A DNA stretch of 64,000 nt from Candidatus Magasanikiibacteriota bacterium (lineage in GTDB: Bacteria > Patescibacteriota > Patescibacteriia > Magasanikbacterales > UBA922), in NCBI GenBank assembly GCA_041674805.1, contig JBAYVA010000002.1, forward strand, positions 83,234-147,233, given 5' to 3'. A model generated the notes under the pieces. The model worked only from the letters and a program-made list of their open reading frames with translations, was not told the origin of the DNA and ran no database searches. Of the stretch, positions 1-9,824 are shown in pieces (position 1 is the stretch's first letter; every line of letters starts with the position of its first letter). The position numbers were made by a program, and so were the translations under genes.

Positions 1-305
1 CTGAAAGTTCTGAAAAAATAAGAACACGTGTCGAACGTGCTCGTGAAATACAAAACAAAAGATTTGCTGATAGTTCTTATACCACAAACAGTGAAATGAA
101 AAATAAAGATATTAAAAATTTTTGTAAATTAAATGAAGCATCTATTGAATTACTCAGACAAGCAGTCAGCCATATGAATTTATCAGCCCGCAGTTATCAC
201 CGCATTTTAAAATTAGCCAGAACGATTGCTGATTTGGCAGGTGTAGAATATATCGCCACCGAGCATATTGCTGAGGCTTTGCAATATAGAGCGAAGGTAG
301 AGTGA
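1..305 (+). CDS. C-terminal fragment of a YifB/ComM-family Mg-chelatase-like AAA ATPase (5' truncated by the window edge)
   Basis: The translation ends in ...SARSYHRILKLARTIADLAGVEYIATEHIAEALQYR, which is the conserved C-terminal tail of ComM/YifB proteins. The reading frame runs open to the window start. Confidence 0.6.
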   Translation, partial: ESSEKIRTRVERAREIQNKRFADSSYTTNSEMKNKDIKNFCKLNEASIELLRQAVSHMNLSARSYHRILKLARTIADLAGVEYIATEHIAEALQYRAKVE

Positions 306-329
306 GAGATTTAACAAAAATTTTTATGT

Positions 330-1604
330 TTAAATTTTTTTAAAAAAATCTATAAAAATATACCAAGAATATTTCACCAAACTCGGTACATTGTGTAATT
401 TCAAAATCAAAGAGGATAGACCCTTTCCTTTTTCTTTACTATCACAAAATTGAAACAAAAAGCCTTCTTTTTCTTTGGCAATTATCTTATACATTTGTCT
501 AAAGGTACGATTTGTTTTCATTCTATCCCAAACAAATCTATAAAAAACTTGTTTTTTATAATAAGTAATTATATTATGATAATTATTCATATTTTTTAAA
601 AAACTAGCAAAAACTTTATCATCACTCTTATCAAAATAATCTACTAATAACTTAGCAGATTCAATACCTGAAATAATAGAACCTTTGATACCATCTGCAG
701 CAAAAGCTCCACAAAAACCAGCTGCATCACCTATCAATAAAATTTGTGATTTATAAATATTTTTAAGAGGTCCTCCAATTGGTATCTTACTACCATAAAC
801 ACCATAAGACGCATCAACAGAATTATCTATATTTATAATATTTTTTTTCAAAAGTACTTGTATAAATTTTTTTAACAATTCTTTGGCATTTTTATTCTCT
901 TTCATTTTTTTGGCAAGACCAATACGAAAAGCTTTTTTATCATCTATTATAGTAGAAGATAGCCAACCACCATAACCAAGTGAAAAATCACCAAACCAAA
1001 AATGATAAATTGTCTCTTCTGGATTTGGCCCTAATAAAATATTACCAAAATAAACTTCTTCTATACCAAATAGAAATTTTTTATTTTTTTCTAAAGAATT
1101 TTGTAAAGCAACCTTCGAGCTACCACCATCAGCTCCTATCAAAAATTTTGTTTTTACATTTATTTTATTACCTTTTTGCAAAAAATTGACTGTCATTTTT
1201 TTATTTTCTTCATCGATTTTACTATTATCTATATAAATAGTTTCTGTCCACAAAGTAACATTTTCTGATAAATTATTAGCCATTTCTTGTATCAATTTTT
1301 TTGTATCTGTTTGATAAATCCAAGGATCTTCCTTACTAGAAAAAAAATGTTCTTCAAAATCAGTAGTAACAACACCTATTGTTGTTATTTTATTAGTAAT
1401 ATAATTATCTATTTCAAAAAAACTATCAAATATTTGTCTAGTATGTTCTGTTATCAAACCTGTAGATTCTACAGTAAAACCAACTGATGGTTTAGCTTCT
1501 ACTATCAAAACTTTTATCTTAGAATCTTTAGGTAAATTACGAACAAAAGATAAACCAGAAAAGCTAGCTCCAACTACGACGATATCAAAATATAAATCAT
1601 TCAT
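330..1604 (-). CDS. FAD-dependent oxidoreductase of the geranylgeranyl-reductase family
   Basis: It has the N-terminal dinucleotide-binding motif DIVVVGASFSGLSF, a second GADGGSS motif and the LIGDAAG motif typical of FAD-dependent reductases. Length is 424 aa. Confidence 0.6.
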   Translation of the reverse strand: MNDLYFDIVVVGASFSGLSFVRNLPKDSKIKVLIVEAKPSVGFTVESTGLITEHTRQIFDSFFEIDNYITNKITTIGVVTTDFEEHFFSSKEDPWIYQTDTKKLIQEMANNLSENVTLWTETIYIDNSKIDEENKKMTVNFLQKGNKINVKTKFLIGADGGSSKVALQNSLEKNKKFLFGIEEVYFGNILLGPNPEETIYHFWFGDFSLGYGGWLSSTIIDDKKAFRIGLAKKMKENKNAKELLKKFIQVLLKKNIINIDNSVDASYGVYGSKIPIGGPLKNIYKSQILLIGDAAGFCGAFAADGIKGSIISGIESAKLLVDYFDKSDDKVFASFLKNMNNYHNIITYYKKQVFYRFVWDRMKTNRTFRQMYKIIAKEKEGFLFQFCDSKEKGKGLSSLILKLHNVPSLVKYSWYIFIDFFKKI

Positions 1605-1697
1605 AATTTTAATAATTATTTATATAACAACTAAATTACAGCCAACTAAGCATACCACATTACAAAAAAAAGAAAAGCATATTTATACTTTTCTTTG

Positions 1698-1771
1698 TCG
1701 GAGTGAAAGGACTTGAACCTTCGACCCTCTGGTCCCAAACCAGATGCTCTAGCCAACTGAGCTACACTCCG
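1698..1771 (-). tRNA. tRNA-Pro (anticodon TGG)
   Basis: Folded by hand as a cloverleaf. Acceptor CGGAGTG/CACTCCG, D-arm GCTC..GAGC, anticodon stem TCTGG/CCAGA around loop TTTGGGA, T-arm GGTTCAAGTCC. Confidence 0.8.
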
Positions 1772-1861
1772 TTATAAGTTAAAAGTTCATAAAGTTATAA
1801 AGTTTTTAAAGTTAAAAGTAACTTTTAACTTTATGAACTTTAAAAACTTTCAACTTCTCTG

Positions 1862-1933
1862 TGCCGAGGGGGAGAATTGAACTCCCGACACGAGGATTTT
1901 CAGTCCACTGCTCTACCACTGAGCTACCTCGGC
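1862..1933 (-). tRNA. tRNA-Phe (anticodon GAA)
   Basis: Cloverleaf with acceptor GCCGAGG/CCTCGGC, D-arm GCTCAGTGGTAGAGC, anticodon loop CTGAAAA, T-arm GGTTCAATTCC. Confidence 0.8.
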
Positions 1934-2027
1934 TTTAAAAAACAGTTGACACTTGACTGTTAACAATTAACTTTCAAAATTACATCAATGTTAAATGTCA
2001 CAAGTCAAATGTCAACTGTCGATAGTG

Positions 2028-2100
2028 GACCAGACAGGACTCGAACCTGCCACATCCGCCGTGCAAGGGCGGCGCTCTACCAGATGAGCTACTGGCCCAT
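2028..2100 (-). tRNA. tRNA-Ala (anticodon TGC)
   Basis: Acceptor GGGCCAG carries the G3:U70 alanine identity pair. Anticodon stem CCGCC/GGCGG around loop CTTGCAC; T-arm GGTTCGAGTCC. Confidence 0.8.
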
Positions 2101-2194
2101 TATAATACAGACTTTTATACAACATTTTTAGACGAGAAAATTATATCAATAATACGATTAAAAGTCAATACTTTTAAGACACCTTTCCACAATA

Positions 2195-3892
2195 CTACTT
2201 TAAAAAGCTAATTCCTGAGGTAAATCTTAGTTGCATTTCATCTTTTTGACTTTTACGAAGATCAAAAAATGTCTTATTTGTCAAAGGTTTATTTTGAATA
2301 ATATCAGAAATCCACTGTCCTCCCAACAAGTGTGTCATCATCACATAATTGGCTCCAGCTTCATATAAATCATCCAAATAAGTATTATGATAAAGATTAC
2401 CAATAATAATAACTTTTTTATTTATTTTTCTAATGTGTTTGAACAAAATGATTTGATCATCAGGATTAGGTATTGTACAAACTATCATTTCTGCTTTTTC
2501 CAAAGGCAAACTTTCCAAAAATTCTATATCACTAACATCCCCAAAAAATGCCGGAATATGTCTATTTTTCAAAACTTTTACTGCTTCAGGATTATAATCC
2601 ACTACCGCATATTTCATATTTTTTTCAGCAAAACCTTCACACACTTTCCAACCAATACGATGATAACCAAAAACCCAATTAGTAAAAATTTCTTCATTTT
2701 TTTCTATTTGTTTGTGCTTATCATGTCCGAACAAATTGAAGACTGGACGCAAAAATTCAAAAATCTTCTCACTATAAGTAATAAGATAAGAAGATACAAT
2801 AATAGTTGTCAAAGCGACAATAGTAAAAATTTCTAATTCTTTGCCAACCACATGTCCCAAATTTCTTCCAACAATCAAAAGCACAAAACCAAATTCACTG
2901 ACCTGAGCCGCTGTCACACCAGCCAAAAAACTATTTCTTCTTGTGAATTTTTGTGAACGAAAAGCCCAATACAAAACAAAAGGATTACCAATCAAAATAA
3001 ATAAAGATAAAATCAAACCATTTATCCAAATTCCATCCAAATTAGTAAGTGACATTTCACTACCCAAAATAATAAAAAATATCACAATAAAAAAATCACG
3101 CAAAGGTTTGATACGACTAGAAATTTCTGATTGAAAAGGCGAAGAACCAAGAGTAAGACCAGCTACTATAGCACCAATTTCCAAAGAAAAACCCAACCAA
3201 TATAACAAACTAGAAATACCAAAACACCAAGTCAAAGTAAAAATAAAAAGAAATTCACCAGACTTCGCCACACTTTGTAAAATTTTTGGAATAATATATC
3301 TCGCTGTCAGTCCAACAAATCCCAACAAAATAAATATCTTACCAACTAATTCTCCTACTTCTACCCAAATATTATTTCCTTGACCTAATGATGTCACCAT
3401 CATCATAATAAAAATAGCCACAATATCTTGTACTACCATGAGACCAATAGTATATCTACCATAAACACTTTCAGTGTCTTTTTTGTCTGCCAATAATTTT
3501 ACAATAATAATAGTACTAGAGAAAGTCAAAGCCAAAGCCAAATAAATAGCTGACGATGCTGAAAATTTCATGGCAAGAAGTATCAAAAAGCCAAGAGAAG
3601 CTGTAAATATTACTTGGGCCATACCTGTAATGACCGCAACTTTACCAATACTCTTGATATGTTGAATATTGAGACTTAAACCTACCACAAACAAAAGCAA
3701 CACAACACCAAATTCAGCCAAAGCATCAAAAGTATGTCCACCTTCTTGCAACAAATTCAAAAACATCGGACCAGCAATAATGCCAGCAATCAGATAAGAA
3801 ATTAAAAGTGGTTGTTTTAACAAACGCAATACAAAAGCTACAGAAACAGTAATACCAAGCAAAGCAGAAATTTGAAGAAAAATATTATCCAT
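2195..3892 (-). CDS. CPA2-family monovalent cation:proton antiporter (KefB-like) with a C-terminal RCK/TrkA-N domain
   Basis: 565 aa with about 12 predicted TM helices, consistent with a Na_H exchanger fold. The C-terminal part has a Rossmann-like RCK segment (KYAVVDYNPEAVKVL...IIIGNLY). Confidence 0.65.
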   Translation of the reverse strand: MDNIFLQISALLGITVSVAFVLRLLKQPLLISYLIAGIIAGPMFLNLLQEGGHTFDALAEFGVVLLLFVVGLSLNIQHIKSIGKVAVITGMAQVIFTASLGFLILLAMKFSASSAIYLALALTFSSTIIIVKLLADKKDTESVYGRYTIGLMVVQDIVAIFIMMMVTSLGQGNNIWVEVGELVGKIFILLGFVGLTARYIIPKILQSVAKSGEFLFIFTLTWCFGISSLLYWLGFSLEIGAIVAGLTLGSSPFQSEISSRIKPLRDFFIVIFFIILGSEMSLTNLDGIWINGLILSLFILIGNPFVLYWAFRSQKFTRRNSFLAGVTAAQVSEFGFVLLIVGRNLGHVVGKELEIFTIVALTTIIVSSYLITYSEKIFEFLRPVFNLFGHDKHKQIEKNEEIFTNWVFGYHRIGWKVCEGFAEKNMKYAVVDYNPEAVKVLKNRHIPAFFGDVSDIEFLESLPLEKAEMIVCTIPNPDDQIILFKHIRKINKKVIIIGNLYHNTYLDDLYEAGANYVMMTHLLGGQWISDIIQNKPLTNKTFFDLRKSQKDEMQLRFTSGISFLK

Positions 3893-3953
3893 GTTTTTTT
3901 ATTATTTGTTTATAAACATATTATAACAAATTTTTAATTTTTTTTCTACAATT

Positions 3954-6900
3954 TTATTTAGAAATAAATTTTTTAATCAATTTTTTTATTTTTGAAAAAA
4001 TATTTTCTCCATTACTTTTCAAAAAAAGTCCAAACAAAATAGCAGTAAAACCACCAGCTGTAGCTGTTAAATATTTTTCAACAATATCCGCGTTGTCTTG
4101 CTCTTTGGCTTTTTCTTTTTTTGTTACCAAATCTTCACTAACACCTGTTTTAATAATATCATTTTGATCACGTGGCAACAATTGATATTCTGTTTTTGTT
4201 TGATGAAGTAGTCCAGTAATACTTACTAAATTACCTTCTTCAAATATATCTTTTTTTATACCAGCTCCTCTCTTAAAATATACTTTTATTTCCTCAGTTC
4301 CATCGTCTACATACATATAAGAACTTTTTATTTCTGTAATTTCACCACTTACCAAAATAAGACTACCTTCATATTGTTCCCCCACATCTTCTAATTCCAA
4401 GACTCTACCAATTGGTAATTCACTATGTCCCAATTTTTTTATATCATTTTTTTCTTTTAATTTTATTCTAGTTTCACCAGAAGTTTCTGTAATTTCTCCC
4501 ATAACTTCTATTTTGTCTCCCCTTTTTAAATCTGGAAAATCTTTACTAAACATATAAATTTGTACACCAGCATTTTCAGAAACTATATAAAAAATTTGTG
4601 TACCCATTATACCTGGTTCTACTGCTACTGTACCTGTCACACTAATCATATCACCCAAATCTTCATCACGTATTTTTTCTAAACTAGTGTTTATAACTGC
4701 TTTCACTGAATTACTCTTACTTTTTACTATTTTAACGGATTTTACTTCTGTTATTTCTTCTACAAAATTTACCTCACCAGGGCTAATAATTTTATTCCAA
4801 ATCCAGTTACCTTCACTATTACGAACATAAGAGGCTCCTTCTATTACATCATCAAATCTTACTTCCATTATAATAGTTCCATCAGGATACAAAAGACGCA
4901 CAGAATCACTAGTGTTATTCAAAGCCAACTTTGTATCTTGGCGACCAAAGACTTTATATTCTTTAGCTTTTATCAAAGTATTAGCTCCTACAGTATAAGC
5001 TTTTGATCCACCTTCTTCATCATCAATTTTTAAACCCGAAATATCAACATCTTCTTCTGTAGGATTGTGAATTTCAATAAATTCAGTAGTATCTGAACCT
5101 ACTGGATTTGGCAAAATCTCTGAAATGTACAAAACAGATATATCACTTGTTCCAGCATAACCACCCACAAAATCTTGAGACAATTTTACACTTAAAACAA
5201 CATCCTTTTTACTTTCATTACTACCATCACTTACTGTCAAAGATACAGTATAAACTCCTTGTTGCAAAAATTTATGTTCTACACTCGCGCCATCTTCATC
5301 AGTCCCATCAGCAAAATCCCAATGAAATTTTAAATCTTTTCCTTCTGGACTAACAGTATCAGAAGCATCAAATTTCACCCATTCATTTACAGCTACTTCG
5401 GTATCTACATCAAGTGCAATAATTGGTGCTGCACTTTTACCTTCTACTATGTTTTTGCTTCCAGCAGTAATTTTACTACTCCATACCCAAGTAGCATCAT
5501 CTTGCCTCACATAACTAAAAGAATCACTAGCACTACCAGGATAACTTACACTATTTACGATTGCCCCATTTGGAGAAAATAATTTTACTTCATCTCCTCC
5601 TGTATTATTTAGAGCTATTTGTGTCATAGTTCTTTTGAAAACAATGAATTCATTTGCTTTCAATACACCTTGTTTTATTGTATATTTTTTCTTACTAGAA
5701 TCAGATAATTGCCAATCTTTCAAATCAATAGTTTCTGTACCTTTATTCCAAATTTCAATAAACTCATCATCACTATCACTACCTGGAGGATTTGGATAAA
5801 TTTCATTCAAAACTATGTTTGTTTGCAAAGAAAAAATTTCTTGTTTTTCCAAATCTTCAGCTTTTAAAGATAAAACATTTTTTTGTCCCCTAGTAATAGT
5901 ATCTGTAATTATAAAATCATAATAATCATTATCAGCATCTTGTCCATCTGTTTTTCTTATCAACGAATATGGATCACTTGCCACAGCAGCATTATCATAA
6001 GTATTACCATCATCCCAATTGCCATAAGTAACTTTATCTATTTCTTTTTTACTAGGATCTAATAATAACAAAATATCACCAGCATTATTGAGACTTCCTT
6101 TTGGTTCCTCAATTACAAAAAAACCTTTAGGCAAAATAGTCCCTGTCAAAATCGTAATTGTTTCACTACCATCTTCCAAAGACCAATCATTTAAATCAAT
6201 AATTTCTGAAGTGTTGTTATATATTTCTACGAATTCTTTTTCTCCATCACTAGGATCAGAAACCAACTCGTTTATGACCAAATCTCGTGCATTATAATTT
6301 TTTGTTGTTACTTCAGAACTAGAAGACGAACCTCCACCAGAACTAGAAACTGGAATATTTTTAATAATATTGACTTCACCTGGCGTTGGTTCTGTGGTAA
6401 TAGAAAAATCATTTTTATTATTTCCCGTGTTTTGACCATCCACGATTCTCGCCACAGAATAAGGATCACTGTGTGCAGGAGCGTTGTCTGAAATATCTTC
6501 ATCAAAAAAATCTATCCAATCACCAAAACGCACTGTGTCTATCAAATTACCAGAATTATCATACAAAAAAATACCATCACCATCATTGTTCAATTTACTA
6601 GACAAAATATTTACTCGCAAAAAACTTTTTGTTTCCAAAATATTATCCAAAACCAAAATTTTTTTTGTGCTACTACTACTTTTGTCACCTTCGTGCACTT
6701 CCCAATCTTTCAAATCAATAGTAGAGGTAGAATTATTATATATTTCTACCCATTCATTTTCACCAGCCACAGGATCACTTACAAATTCATTAATAACTAT
6801 TTCATAATTAGGAATAGTATTTGTCGTGGTAGTAGTACTTTCAAAATTTTCTACTATACTAAAGTTAAAAATGTCACTTGCAAAATCATTTTTATCATCT

Positions 6901-7697
6901 ATAACTTTTAATTCAAGACTAAAGTTGCCAATATCAGAAAAAATATATGAAAAAAAAGAACTAGTTGATAAAAGTATATTATCAAACAACCAATTATACT
7001 CTACTATTTGGCCATCACTATCACTAGAAGTACTACCATCAAAATCTACAGCTTTTGATTTTTGAAAAATGTTTCCACTTGTAACAATTTTGGCAACAGG
7101 TTTTTGATTTTGAATATCATTATTATCTAAAGACCAATAATTTTTTTGTCCTACCGAATTATTGTCTGGATGTTCTTGCCAATTATCAATATTATTTATT
7201 GGCTGAAATACATCCATTCTTTCCAAAGAATGATTATTTTGGATGGCTTTATAAACAAAATTTTCTATGAAACTATCATCTTTTTTTAAACCTATTTCTT
7301 CTCCACCCTTGTTCAAAGTTGTCCAAGAACTGTCCAAAATTAAAGAAGAAAAATTTGGATATCTCTCAAAAAAATTCAAATCATTTTGAGTAATTACAGC
7401 GTATCCTTTTGGAGCTAAAATAAAAGTTTGAAACAAACTTTTTTCACTAATATTTAAACTATGATTAGTATCTGCTTCCCAAAATTTCCAGCCAGTCAAA
7501 TCCATACTTTCATCACCTTTGTTATAAATTTCTATCCACTGAAAACCACTTTCAGCACAACCAGTAGGACAAATTTCTGTAATCACCACATCATTATCAG
7601 AACCAAAAACAAAATTTTTAAATAAAAAAACACTCAATATAAGTGCTAAAAAAAACAAACTAAATTTTCTTAATTTAATAAAAAAAATTTTAATCAT
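3954..7697 (-). CDS. Giant extracellular protein (1247 aa) with N-terminal signal/TM, about five lamin-tail-domain (LTD) repeats, a PKD domain, tandem C-terminal OB-fold-like domains, and a C-terminal TM anchor with a basic tail
   Basis: LTD-type repeats: NEFVSDPVAGENEWVEIYNNSTSTIDLKDW, VINELVSDPSDGEKEFVEIYN, LNEIYPNPPGSDSDDEFIEIWN, ISEILPNPVGSDTTEFIEIHN. A PKD-like segment: KFDASDTVSPEGKDLKFHWDFADGTDEDG...YTVSLTVSDGS. The C-terminus has an OB-like pair (VTGTVAVEPGIMGTQIFYIVSENAGVQIY and SLILVSGEITEIKSS) followed by FTAILFGLFL and KKLIKKFISK. Confidence 0.7.
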   Translation of the reverse strand: MIKIFFIKLRKFSLFFLALILSVFLFKNFVFGSDNDVVITEICPTGCAESGFQWIEIYNKGDESMDLTGWKFWEADTNHSLNISEKSLFQTFILAPKGYAVITQNDLNFFERYPNFSSLILDSSWTTLNKGGEEIGLKKDDSFIENFVYKAIQNNHSLERMDVFQPINNIDNWQEHPDNNSVGQKNYWSLDNNDIQNQKPVAKIVTSGNIFQKSKAVDFDGSTSSDSDGQIVEYNWLFDNILLSTSSFFSYIFSDIGNFSLELKVIDDKNDFASDIFNFSIVENFESTTTTTNTIPNYEIVINEFVSDPVAGENEWVEIYNNSTSTIDLKDWEVHEGDKSSSSTKKILVLDNILETKSFLRVNILSSKLNNDGDGIFLYDNSGNLIDTVRFGDWIDFFDEDISDNAPAHSDPYSVARIVDGQNTGNNKNDFSITTEPTPGEVNIIKNIPVSSSGGGSSSSSEVTTKNYNARDLVINELVSDPSDGEKEFVEIYNNTSEIIDLNDWSLEDGSETITILTGTILPKGFFVIEEPKGSLNNAGDILLLLDPSKKEIDKVTYGNWDDGNTYDNAAVASDPYSLIRKTDGQDADNDYYDFIITDTITRGQKNVLSLKAEDLEKQEIFSLQTNIVLNEIYPNPPGSDSDDEFIEIWNKGTETIDLKDWQLSDSSKKKYTIKQGVLKANEFIVFKRTMTQIALNNTGGDEVKLFSPNGAIVNSVSYPGSASDSFSYVRQDDATWVWSSKITAGSKNIVEGKSAAPIIALDVDTEVAVNEWVKFDASDTVSPEGKDLKFHWDFADGTDEDGASVEHKFLQQGVYTVSLTVSDGSNESKKDVVLSVKLSQDFVGGYAGTSDISVLYISEILPNPVGSDTTEFIEIHNPTEEDVDISGLKIDDEEGGSKAYTVGANTLIKAKEYKVFGRQDTKLALNNTSDSVRLLYPDGTIIMEVRFDDVIEGASYVRNSEGNWIWNKIISPGEVNFVEEITEVKSVKIVKSKSNSVKAVINTSLEKIRDEDLGDMISVTGTVAVEPGIMGTQIFYIVSENAGVQIYMFSKDFPDLKRGDKIEVMGEITETSGETRIKLKEKNDIKKLGHSELPIGRVLELEDVGEQYEGSLILVSGEITEIKSSYMYVDDGTEEIKVYFKRGAGIKKDIFEEGNLVSITGLLHQTKTEYQLLPRDQNDIIKTGVSEDLVTKKEKAKEQDNADIVEKYLTATAGGFTAILFGLFLKSNGENIFSKIKKLIKKFISK

Positions 7698-7823
7698 ATT
7701 CCCCCCTTAAAAGATTAGATTATAAAAACAAAAATATTATAACATAAAATTTTAAAAAATAAAAAGCCGTTTGACAACTTTGTGGACAAAGATCTATACT
7801 TACTAAAATAAAAAGAAAAAAAT

Positions 7824-8126
7824 ATGAAATACAATAAACTTATTCGTGATAAAATCCCAGAAAATTTAAATAAAAAAAACGTAAAATACAAAATTCATAT
7901 TGCCGACGAAAAAGAATATGAAGAAAAATTACGAGAAAAACTCGGTGAAGAAATGCAAGAATTTTTAAAAAATTCCAATGTAGAAGAATTAGCCGATATC
8001 TTGGAGGTAATATACGCTCTTTGCACTTTTTATAAGATAGACAGAAAAGACTTAGAAAAAACAAGAAAAGAAAAATTCGAAAAAAAGGGAGGTTTTAATG
8101 ATAAAATTATTTTAGAAGAAAGTTAA
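7824..8126 (+). CDS. Small MazG-like nucleoside-triphosphate pyrophosphohydrolase (house-cleaning NTP-PPase family)
   Basis: 100 aa. It has the KLIRDKIPE start and an EExxE/ELADILE acidic helix pair typical of stand-alone MazG/HisE-like pyrophosphohydrolases. A TTGACA-18-TATACT promoter lies upstream at about 7773-7802. Confidence 0.55.
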   Translation: MKYNKLIRDKIPENLNKKNVKYKIHIADEKEYEEKLREKLGEEMQEFLKNSNVEELADILEVIYALCTFYKIDRKDLEKTRKEKFEKKGGFNDKIILEES

Positions 8127-8129
8127 AAA

Positions 8130-8168
8130 AATAAAAATACTCTTAGTTTAACAAGAGTATTTTTATTT
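8130..8168. terminator. Bidirectional intrinsic terminator between convergent genes
   Basis: Hairpin AATACTCTT-(loop)-AAGAGTATT flanked by an A-run upstream and a T-run downstream. Confidence 0.6.
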
Positions 8169-8187
8169 AAATAACTAATAACTATAA

Positions 8188-9591
8188 TTATTTTCTAACG
8201 TAAGAAAGTGGATTAACAAATTTTCCATTTACACGAATTTCAAAGTGAGTGTGAGGTCCAGTAGAACGACCTGTAGATCCCATCAAGGCAATCGTTTGTC
8301 CTTGTGTCACATAGTCACCAACTTCTACAAATAATTTTGAGTTATGCCCATATAAAGATACTACACCATTACCATGATCAATTTTGATATAACAACCATA
8401 TCCACCATTATAACCACATTGTGAAGTAATTACAGTACCAGCTTTGGTTGCATAAATGGCTGTACCAATAGGGCCTGCAACATCCAAGCCAGTGTGTTTC
8501 AACCCATAATATTGGGTAACAATCTTAGCAGCAGTTGGCCACAAATAACCAGAACCAGCAGGAGCTTCTACTGAAGAAGGTAAAGCAACTACATTATTAT
8601 AAGAAGCAGGCCTTGTCGCTACATAAGTTGGTTTTTTAATTTCTTCCACTTTTTTGCCACCAGGAACGATAAGCAGTTCCCCTATCACAATATCAGCACC
8701 ACCCTCTTCCAATTTATTAAATTTTATAATTTCATCAGAATTCGCACCATAAACTTTGGCAATTTTGGAAATAGTATCATTTTTAACTACTTTGTGTGTC
8801 ACACCATCAGTTGGTAAAATAATCAAAGTTTGATTTGGTTTAATAGTAGACCTTGCAGTTAAATTGTTTGCCCATAAAATTGTATTTACACTAATACCAA
8901 AACGACTTGCTATTTCTCCTATTACATCCCCAGACTGTACAACATATTCCAAAATTTCACTTCTATTAGTTTTTACAATTTGTGAACCATTCGAATTTTG
9001 ATTTGCCAACTCTGAACCAGGAATAATTGTTGGTTTAGTTACTGCACTACCACCGACAGTGACACTTACCAAATCTTCTAATTTATTACTTTTATTTAAA
9101 ACTTCTTTGCTATTTTCTACAGAAATACTACCATCTTTCCAATTCAAATTACTTTTATCACTGTTATTTGTGTTTATATTGTTTACAAGTATTTCTTCTT
9201 CATAAAAGTCTTGATCACTAGTGTCGATAATTTTATATAGCAAAGAATTTCTACCAGAAATTTCACCAAATTCTTTGGTATATAATTTAGTATGGGGATA
9301 CATAATAACAAAAAATATTATAAACAAAAAAATCTGAAGAACACCTCTTCTACCAAAAATTTCTATTTTACTTTCTTGTCTAAATAATTTTAATTTATTT
9401 AAATTTTTTTTACTATAAAAAAGGGCTTTAAACAATACAAACCCCAAAGTTCTTTTATAAATATTATTAACAAATAACAAAAATTTCCAAAAAAAAGATA
9501 TCCCGAAAAAAGTAAACCTTTTTAAATATATCAAAGACTTAAGTAAATATAATATAAATTTGTAAAATTTTTGATTCATAGGTATGTCCAA
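8188..9591 (-). CDS. M23-family (LytM-type) peptidoglycan endopeptidase with two LysM domains and an N-terminal TM segment
   Basis: C-terminal HxxxD...HxH M23 signature (GLDVAGPIGTAIYA...GPHTHFEIRVNGKFVNP). Two LysM-like segments (YVVQSGDVIGEIASRFGISVNTILWANNL and HKVVKNDTISKIAKVYGANSDEII). The true start may be downstream of the first ATG. Confidence 0.75.
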   Translation of the reverse strand: MDIPMNQKFYKFILYLLKSLIYLKRFTFFGISFFWKFLLFVNNIYKRTLGFVLFKALFYSKKNLNKLKLFRQESKIEIFGRRGVLQIFLFIIFFVIMYPHTKLYTKEFGEISGRNSLLYKIIDTSDQDFYEEEILVNNINTNNSDKSNLNWKDGSISVENSKEVLNKSNKLEDLVSVTVGGSAVTKPTIIPGSELANQNSNGSQIVKTNRSEILEYVVQSGDVIGEIASRFGISVNTILWANNLTARSTIKPNQTLIILPTDGVTHKVVKNDTISKIAKVYGANSDEIIKFNKLEEGGADIVIGELLIVPGGKKVEEIKKPTYVATRPASYNNVVALPSSVEAPAGSGYLWPTAAKIVTQYYGLKHTGLDVAGPIGTAIYATKAGTVITSQCGYNGGYGCYIKIDHGNGVVSLYGHNSKLFVEVGDYVTQGQTIALMGSTGRSTGPHTHFEIRVNGKFVNPLSYVRK

Positions 9592-9701
9592 TTATAACTC
9601 AAAATAGACTTTTTTTCAATTCTAAACAATTTTTTAATCAAAAACAAAAAACTATTGAATTTTATAATAATCTATGCTATTATAATTTCACACAAAATAA
9701 T

Positions 9702-9776
9702 GGTACCGTAGCCAAGCGGTAAGGCAGGGGTCTGCAAAACCTCTATTCGTGAGTTCGATTCTCGCCGGTACCTCCA
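9702..9776 (+). tRNA. tRNA-Cys (anticodon GCA), with CCA encoded
   Basis: Acceptor GGTACCG/CGGTACC, anticodon loop CTGCAAA, T-arm GAGTTCGATTCTC, 3' TCCA. Confidence 0.8.
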
Positions 9777-9789
9777 TAATTATACAAAA

Positions 9790-9816
9790 AAACAGCTTAC
9801 CTAAGCTGTTTTTTAT
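9790..9816. terminator. Intrinsic terminator hairpin (usable on both strands)
   Basis: AACAGCTTACCTAAGCTGTTTTTT. Confidence 0.55.
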
Positions 9817-9824
9817 AATTTTTT

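Noticed and set aside
2387-3134. Antisense ORFs inside the antiporter gene. There are similar ones inside the LTD gene (5108-7065), hppA (23483-23935), polA (25124-26039), the surface-protein genes (51931-57358) and elsewhere.
   Set aside because: They lie within long well-supported genes on the opposite strand and have low-complexity composition. They are typical AT-rich six-frame noise.
7775-7783. A DnaA-box-like TGTGGACAA 40 nt upstream of the MazG-like gene.
   Set aside because: It is a single isolated 8/9 match sitting inside a promoter spacer. It is likely chance and not part of oriC.
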